Part shown: piece by piece, positions 56,301 to 64,000 of the stretch
Layout: each line of letters opens with the position of its first letter
How positions within the stretch are numbered: position 1 is the stretch's first letter
Source of the DNA: Azolla caroliniana
Lineage: Eukaryota > Plantae > Polypodiophyta
DNA length: 64,000 bases
Assembly: GCA_043228905.1 (NCBI GenBank)
Contig: JBHGNT010000018.1
Span: 15,500,001 to 15,564,000, forward strand
Direction: 5' to 3'
Program-made: the position numbers and the translations under genes
Notes under the pieces: generated by a model
Databases searched by the model: none
What the model was told of the DNA's origin: nothing
Seen by the model: only the letters and a program-made list of their open reading frames with translations

Positions 56301-57354
56301 CATTCCACTCAACCTACGTATTAAGGTCTTAACATGACTTATCATTCTTCGCTTCCCTATTTTGTAAGCTTTAACGAGAACTTTCTCTTGTGTTCTTGGT
56401 GTCACCTTAGGCCGTTCTTTGGGGCTTAAGAAAGAACTAAGGGAATCTTCGTTTGTGGGGGGGAGCTCTTGTAGTAGATCAAATCGATTGGGGCTCATAG
56501 GCAATGGAGGATTTTGTGCCGGTGAAGTTTTTCGAAGGACATGGGTTTTTTCCACCACTCGCCATTCCGTCACAGCCTTGTCGGGTCATGGTGGGGGAGG
56601 CTTCTAATGTCTTATGGTGTCCTGACCTTCCAGAGTCTCCTTTGTAGGATCTTTAATACGTCTTGTGGGACAGTTCTTTTTTAAATGACCAAGTTTTTTC
56701 CATGCAAAACATTGCCCTGGTGCGCCAATCACTTCTATGCATTGTTCAATCCGCATTCCATTTTTCTCAGGAATGAGGATCTTGGAGGGAAGTTTATTGA
56801 TGTCGTGCACCAATAGGCGAATAGAGGGAGGGCCTAAGTGCTTCTTTAGCCTGTTTGCTAGCGTTAGTTCCTCATCTAGCATCATACCAAAGGAGTTGCC
56901 AATAGTAGGAAGTAACATGTTGTATTCTAAGGATAATCTAGGAAACAACATTGTTACCTTTTTCATGGAATCATCCTCTAGTATGATTTGATAGAAGCCT
57001 TTACCAAGCGGTTGGACTTCTTTTATACCACGTAGTTGTGAGTGAAATTTGGCTTGCAGCATATCTCGCAACAAACCTCTGTTTGGTCATGATCCCATCA
57101 CACGACATATGACCGCTATTCACTCAAGGCGCTCTATCTCTTGCTCAAGTAGAAACATTTCTTCGTTATTGAAAATAATCTCAACAGGACCCCTGCTATT
57201 AGAGTTGCTTTTATCTTGCATTTTTCCGTTATCGATCTAGGGGCCTGTTTGTGCTATTTGATCAATAGGGGCGACGTTCAAAGTTTCCATGATTGACGGA
57301 GTCTTCCAATGTATTTGGGGGGTTGCCTTCTTCTTCTACTTCTTCTTTTGTTTC

Positions 57355-57385
<31 letters not shown>

Positions 57386-57695
57386 CGGGAGTGGGGACCC
57401 ACCTACTCGAACTATGGTTGGTGGGTTCTCACTTGTCGAACCAGGGGTGGGGGGGACCCACTTTTCGAAATGGGGGTTGGGGTTGGGGGGGTTTGTCCCA
57501 CTCCTCGAACCGGGGGAGGGGAAACCCTAAATGATCTACTCCTCGAACTGGAGGAGGGTGATGCAACAGTGGCAGGGAGGAGAGGCTTCTGTGTCAAAAT
57601 GAGCAGCGGGAGGCTTTTGTACCCTCACGTCTGCAGACCTCCTCCCTACACTGTCGCGGTTCTAAACGGCCCCTGCTCCTACTCCGTTTCTGACC
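50712..57695 (-). mobile_element. Full-length degenerate L1-type LINE (ORF1 zinc knuckle; ORF2 APE, RT, zf-RVT), same family as 3502-6738
   Basis: 14-bp TSD TCATTGAATCATCT at 50698-50711 and 57696-57709; A tail; CFA(W)KKLGHLKKNC; MKIITWNVQGL, LQE, GGDFN, SDH; LLDFEKAYDRV. Confidence 0.94.
53108..53694. mobile_element. Non-autonomous hAT-type MITE, 587 bp, inserted in the LINE RT
   Basis: 8-bp TSD CCTGCTAG at 53100-53107 and 53695-53702; TIR CATAGTTC/GAACTATG; absent from the other LINE copy. Confidence 0.9.
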
Positions 57696-58140
57696 TCATT
57701 GAATCATCTTTGAGTTTTCATCGTGCTTAATTGTCTTAATTAGGACAAACTAGAGTAGCATCATTAAGGAGAGTTGATTTGTAACCCATGTTTATACAAG
57801 GAATTATTGTTTGTGTTTACAATTAACCATGCGATCAATTTAAGGCAATGTTTCCACAACATCCATTAGCATTATTTAAAAACCAATGTTTATGTAGCAC
57901 AATTTCATTGTGCCCAAAAGAAAAGTGGGTTGGATGTTGTTGGATTATTGGGCTAAAAAGCAATAGCCAACAAATGCGTACATGAGGGATATTGAAGTCA
58001 TACATAGTAGAATCCGCCAATAAGACGAAATCAGTTAAACTTGTGTTCGAATCCGACTAGAACAATTCAAGTGAGCCAGTCCACTGCAGCCAACCATCAT
58101 TCGTAGTGGACCCCGAACAGATTTCACCCCACCGACACAG

Positions 58141-61100
58141 ATGGCATCAACGTCTAGCTCGTTAGCGATTAGTCTGAGGAAGTTCGACGAATCGAACTTC
58201 AACTTCTGGAAGGAGCATATGCAAGACTACCTGATAGTCAAGGGGCAAATTGACCCCATCGAAAACGAAAATGCTCCAGAAGGATACAAGCAGCTGGAAT
58301 GAGAGAAGCTCGACAGAATTGTCCCAGCCATTATTCGGATGCACCTATCGGAGTCCGTGTACTTCACGGTGCAATCATGTTCGACTGCCTTCCAACTATG
58401 GAAGACACTCTCGGACACCTACGAAAAGAAGGTAGCCGCTACGAAGATATATCTTATTCAGCTTTTTTATAACCTTTGGATTAAAGAATTTGATTTGGTC
58501 CAGGCACACCTCAATGAATACGAAAGCTTAAGTTCCCAAATTGCAACTCAGGGGATGACTATCAAGGATGAACTAAAAGCAATGCAACTTATGAGTGGTC
58601 TCCCCCCTTCGTGGGAAACTTTTGTCACAACCGTGTGCAACACATCGACTGCGATCGTTAAATACTCCTCCGTCACGAGTGCAATTATGATTGAAGCAAC
58701 TCGAAGAATATCATTTGCGAACGACTCGACCAACGATGCTTACGTAGTACAAGGTTTGATCAACCGATCGAACAACTGAGGAAGAGGTTCTTCACGACAA
58801 CCGAACAACCAACGAATTCAGAGCAAGTTCTGGGATAATCAAGTCTACAATTATTGCAAGACCCGGACACATCAAAGCCGATTGCCGCGCACTCAAAGCC
58901 AAAAACGATAAGGCTTAGCAAGCTGATAAGAAGAGTGGCCGACATGAGGAGGTCAATTATGTCGACTCTTTGGCCGAAATACTGTTGAACAACCCGAACA
59001 TCTCGTTCATTGAAAAATCAATCGAATCAGAAGTTCTGCTTATGACTAAAGAGTCAAGCACTTGGGTCTTGGACTCGGACGCTTCATATCACGTGACCCC
59101 TCATCGACCCCAATTTCGGCAATACTCGGCCCAACATTCCGACTCAATTCGAGAAATTCGCAGCACTGTGCGATAATCGGAATCGGCACCGTAGAGCTCA
59201 ACCTTCCAGGTACCTCTACATTGATACTACATAATGTCCGACACGTACTTGAGCTCTCAAGACTTTTGTCTCAATTGGACAACTGGACGAAGACGACATC
59301 GGTGCCGACTTCTCATCAGGAGGGTGGACACTTCACAAGGGGAACCTCCTACTTGCTAGAGGACCAAAAGTACATTAGTTGTACCCATTATACGCCATAC
59401 TCAGAGAGCGTGGCCTATTTTTGGTTGACATTCCCGTGTCATCACTATGGCATGGACTACTCGGACACCTCAACAAGGCTGACATCACGCATTTATTAAG
59501 AGTCGGATACATCCCCAAACTCTCCTTCTCGGATCATCAATTTTGCGAGCATTGCCAGTATGGAAAACAAGTCGCAACCTCACACTTGACATCAGCACCG
59601 AGAGAATCAAGTCCACTCGATTTGGTCCACTCAGATGTCTGTGGCCCTATGCCACATCAATCTCCTGGCGGTGCCTTGTATTTCATTAGCTTTATTAAGA
59701 ACTCAACTCGGAAGGTGTGGGCGTATCCGATAAAGACCAAAGATCGAGTGTTCTCGATTTTCTCCGATTGGCTCGCTATGGTCAAAAATTAGTCTGGCCG
59801 AAAACTCAAATGTCTTCGAACCGATAATGGAGGAGAGTTCAAATATGAAGAACTCGTCAGATTCTGTCAACAACACGACATACAACATGAATATATGGCA
59901 CCCCACAGTCTGGAGTAGAATGAAATTGCTGAGCGGATGAATCAAACAATTTAAGAAAGGATAGTTTCCATGCTCTAACACTCTGGACTATCGAATGGCT
60001 TTTGGGCGGAGGCCCTACTTACGACAGCACACATAATCAATATGTCACCGAGTAGGCCTCTAGGACTTTGAATACCTCAAGAATTATGGATCGGCAGTAA
60101 GCTTAATTACGACAAGCTGAGGATTTTCAGATTTTGTTGACAATGCGGCATACGACGTGAATATACAGCACCCCATAGTCCGGAGCAGAACGGAATTGTT
60201 GAGCGGATGAATCTGACAATTCAAGAAAGGATAATTTCCATGCTCCAACACTCCGGACTATCGAGTGGCTTTTGGGTGGAGGCCCTACTTACGATAGTAC
60301 ACATAATCAATATGTCGCCGAGTAGGCCTCTAGGACTTCGAATACCTCAGGCATGATGGACCAACAGAAAGCTGAATTACGACAAGTTGAGGATTTTCAA
60401 ATGCGTGGCATAGACAAATGGCGAAATCGGATACCGACTTTGGGACCCCAAGCATAGACAAATTGTTCGAAGTTCGGACGTAGTGTTCAATGAGTCAACT
60501 ATGCACAAGATGACTGAAAGGCCTATCAAAGTCCGAAGGGTAACTTTTTCCGAAGTGCCGACCCTTCATGAACACACAACACGAGATGGGCTTCACGGGT
60601 AGCCAAATCCTCCAACCCCGACTCGACAATGCTCGACTCGGAACAGTTGAATGGTTCGGCTCTGGATCATCCGACTTCGACACCCAATGCAACTAGTCTA
60701 GTCATACCTTGAAGATCCAAGAGACTGTCACAGCCCCCGGAGAGATACTCTCCTGGAATCTTCTTTACGGACGCCGAAGAACCTACGTCATATGAAGAAG
60801 CATCGGCATCTGTCGATTCGGCCACCTAGCATCTGGCAATGGAGTCCGAGATGAACTCCATTCAAGCAAACCAAACTTGGGACTTGGTCGAACTACCAAA
60901 AATTTGACGTGCTCTTCCGTGCAAATGGGCCTATAGAATTAAAGAGACGTCCGATTCAGCCACCCCAAAATTCAAGGCTAGATTAGTTGCGAAAGGGTTT
61001 CAACATGAATATGGCGTCGATTTCGACGAAAGTTTTTCACTAGTGGTGAAAATGATAACCCTCCGCCTTTTGCTCGGCGTCGTGGTAGCCGAGAATTTGT

Positions 61101-61590
61101 AGCTGATTCATCTAGATGTCAAAACGACATTCCTCCATGGTGACATTGAGGAGGAAATTTATATGGAGTAGTCGAAAGGCTTCGTGGCACCCGACCAAAA
61201 ACATCTAATCTGCCGACTCAGGAAGAATCTATATGGCCTGAAACAAGCACCGCGACAATTGTACAAGAAGTTTGATGATTTCATTTAGTCGGTTGGCTTC
61301 TCGAAGAGCGATGAGGACCACTGTCTCTTCATGAAAACAACTCAAGATGGGTCTCCCATCTTCCTCATCATCTACATGGACGACATGCTAATCTCCGATC
61401 GGCAAGCCGGAGAACTTGCTGAACTCATTGGAGAACGGCAGTTGAAGTTTGCCATGAAGGACCTCGGTCTGGCAAGACACATTCTCGGCATGAAGATTAT
61501 TCGGAATCGAAATTGAAGACAATTGTTTCTGTCCCAATCCAACTATATTAGATGTGTCCTCGAACGCTTCAACATGCAACACTCTTCCTT
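58141..61590 (+). mobile_element. Heavily decayed Ty1/Copia internal region, truncated inside RT, no LTRs recognised
   Basis: NFNFWKEHMQDYL, WVLDSDASYHVT, LDLVHSDVCGP, DNGGEF and IYMDDML with many stops; 270-bp internal duplication at 59861-60400. Confidence 0.88.
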
Positions 61591-61804
61591 TGCAAACTTG
61601 GAGAGAGAGAGAGAGAGGTTTAAATGTTTGATGTGGAGTTAGGGGGTTTGATGCGTAGTAGTGGGGGGTAAAAGATTTGATGGGGATCTTGGAGAAAAGG
61701 AGGGGGCGTGAGAAGGGGGCGGGGGTAGAAAGCATTAATTTAAAAGAAAGGGAAGAGGGGTAGAGTAAAACTTAAGAAAAAAAAGGGGGGGTGAGAAATA
61801 AGAA

Positions 61805-63835
61805 GGGAAAAGTACCAAGATACCCCTGGAAGTTCATTTATTTACCAGAATGCCCCTAGAAGTTCCAAATTTACCAAACTACCCCTATGTCCAAAAAAAT
61901 ACACTTTATAAAGTAATTATACAAGCCCTATTTACTAGAATACCCTTCAAACACAATTTTCTTTACTTAAGGGATTTCTACTGTTGTAGCAGCTCTCACA
62001 GATTGGGAAGAAGCTTTCCATTTCCACATCATTAGTAATACTCATAGTAACACTGGCAGCTCTCACAGATTAGGAAGAAGCTTTTCATTTCCACATCATT
62101 AATAATACTCATAATAACACTAACTCCGCCTCCTCTTCAACTTGCTCTTCTCCTCATGATCTCAGGAAATATAATCAACCTTTAATCCATGTGAGTAACA
62201 ACAATATAGACAACCTGGGTAGCTTTAATGGAAGCTTGAGTGTAAACTTTGCTGCCATTGTCGCCATTGCCGCCTTTGTTGTTGCCAATGGTCAAAGTAC
62301 TGTCAAGAGTGGGAGCCGCCATTGCGCCGCCATTGCCACTGCCAATGGTCCCCCCCACATGAGCAGTGATGTGAGCAAGGCTACTGCCTGGCAATGGCGC
62401 CATGGCCGCCGCCATTCTAGCCCTTCCGTCGTCGCTTCCTCTGCCCACCACCACCACCACCATCTGAATCATGCTTCCGCCCACCCTGCACATCTTCATC
62501 TCCTCCAATCGCCGTCGCCTAATGCTATGCTTTATCCCACCATCCTTAACAACGCCGCCATCGTTCAAATTCTGATTGATGAGGATGTGATCAGGTCGCA
62601 CTGGACCTTCAAGGCTGTCAACATCAGCAGCACAGATGGCGATTCCCGCTTCAAATCCAAAGCCATGGATCGAATGATACACTACTAAGGTGCCGCCCCT
62701 GACTCAAAATCCTGCCAATCTCTGCCAAATTGAAGTTACAATTATTGATCAGGAAATCCCTCCCCACGATCAACTGTCATCGCTCTTCGATGAGGCAGAC
62801 CTCTGCAGCCTCAAAGCTTGCATGGTGGAGGCGCATCTCCCTCGCCCATGCCCGCCGCCGCCTGTACGTCTCGCTGCCTCTTGTGATCCCATTCACAAAC
62901 TGCCTGATACTCTTAATGGGGCATCGACTAACGCCTTCTAGAAGATTCTTCGCCATTTCACCGCCCCATTCAAATCAGGTTCAAAACCAGGTCCTGCAGG
63001 ATCGAATTGTAATCCACGATCATAGAATGGATTAGGGTTACCTCGATTTGCAAGGCGAGGAAGATGTCAATTCCCACAGCATAGGCATGGAGTCAGCTAC
63101 AACGAAGATGGTGATGCAACGATGGAGGAGGAGGAGGAGGAGGAGGAGGAGGAACTACAACATTACCATCACTACATTTGTCACCATTACCATCATTATC
63201 ACCATGGCCGACCTCTTGGGGACGAATTCACCGGCTCTGACCTAAACGACGAGGAACATTATGTAGAGGCAACATCAGTACTGGAGCTTGACTATGAAGA
63301 TAAGGGGAGCTCAAGGAGGACGAGCTCGGGCCGTGCGAGTAGTCGAAGCTCTAGCCGACCTAGGCGGCATTCAAACAACGACTATGTTCAGATGTCTCGG
63401 AGAAGACCCGATCTTTTCTTCCATGGAACTACCTGGCACCTACATAGATCAGTACACCAATGGCGATCTTGCAGAGCGTAACAATTTCCCGCCCGAATCA
63501 GAATCTATGCATGCAGAAATCGCTGCCATGGATCCTCAGAGGTGTAGAGAACGTGGAGACAGAAGTATTGAGGAGGTAATTATGGAAGGAAAGGATGATG
63601 ATTATGATGAGCAGATGAGTTGCAGGAATAAGTACCAGGATACCCCTTGAAAAATCCCCTAAGTAAAGAAATTTGTGTTTGAAGGGTATTCTGGTAAATA
63701 GGGCTTGTAGATTTGAGTGTATAATTACTTTATAAAGTGTATTTTTTGGACATAGGGGTAGTTTGGTAAATTTGGAACATCCAGGGGCATTCTGGTAAAT
63801 AGACAAACTTCTAGGGGTATCTTGGTACTTTTCCC
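61805..63835. mobile_element. Non-autonomous Mutator-like element with coding-like cargo (Pack-MULE candidate)
   Basis: ~175-185-bp TIRs at 61805-61978 and ~63652-63835 starting GGGAAAAG; exact 9-bp TSD AAATAAGAA; no transposase; GC-richer interior. Confidence 0.9.
61989..62121. repeat. 2 x 67-bp tandem duplication inside the MULE
   Basis: GCAGCTCTCACAGATT.GGAAGAAGC... starts at 61989 and 62056. Confidence 0.9.
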
Positions 63836-64000
63836 AAATAAGAAATAGTAGGGGGAAGGGTATGAAGTAAAATTAAGAGAGAGGGGAGGGGTACAATGGA
63901 AATTAATGGAAGAAAAAAGGGGGAAAGGGTAGCTTAAGTTTTTAGGAAAAGATTAAGGGAGGAAGGGGAGACTCGAGAGGGTAGAGTAACATAGGTAAAG

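Overview
Plant nuclear DNA, most likely from a non-seed streptophyte (inferred from the rpl16 and retroelement types). There are two convergent host genes: a DUF1677-type C4 zinc-finger gene (+, 12440-13132) and a WW-domain DEAD-box RNA helicase of the RH14/RH40/RH46 group with 7 coding exons (-, 21097-15534). Between them lie a duplicated gene 3' end and a 4 x 241-bp tandem array carrying a plastid rpl16 fragment. Positions 23104-50397 are a four-element LTR nest whose ends can all be placed. Chromovirus Gypsy A (TSD GTTAG) carries two non-chromoviral Gypsy elements, B and D, of one unusual, fungal-looking lineage, and B carries an intact Copia C with apparently identical LTRs. B and D share a tRNA-Trp PBS, a TGGTGGGGGTGGA PPT, 4-bp TSDs (exact in D, one mismatch in B) and a conserved G_GAU_UUU_UAG -1 frameshift site. 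That site lies AFTER the protease and is followed by a covarying predicted pseudoknot. The LTRs of D also hold a tRNA-like A-box/B-box cassette. Also present: two copies of one LINE family (one full length, with a hAT MITE inside), a decayed Copia and a Pack-MULE with a 9-bp TSD. All calls were made by eye; no searches were run.
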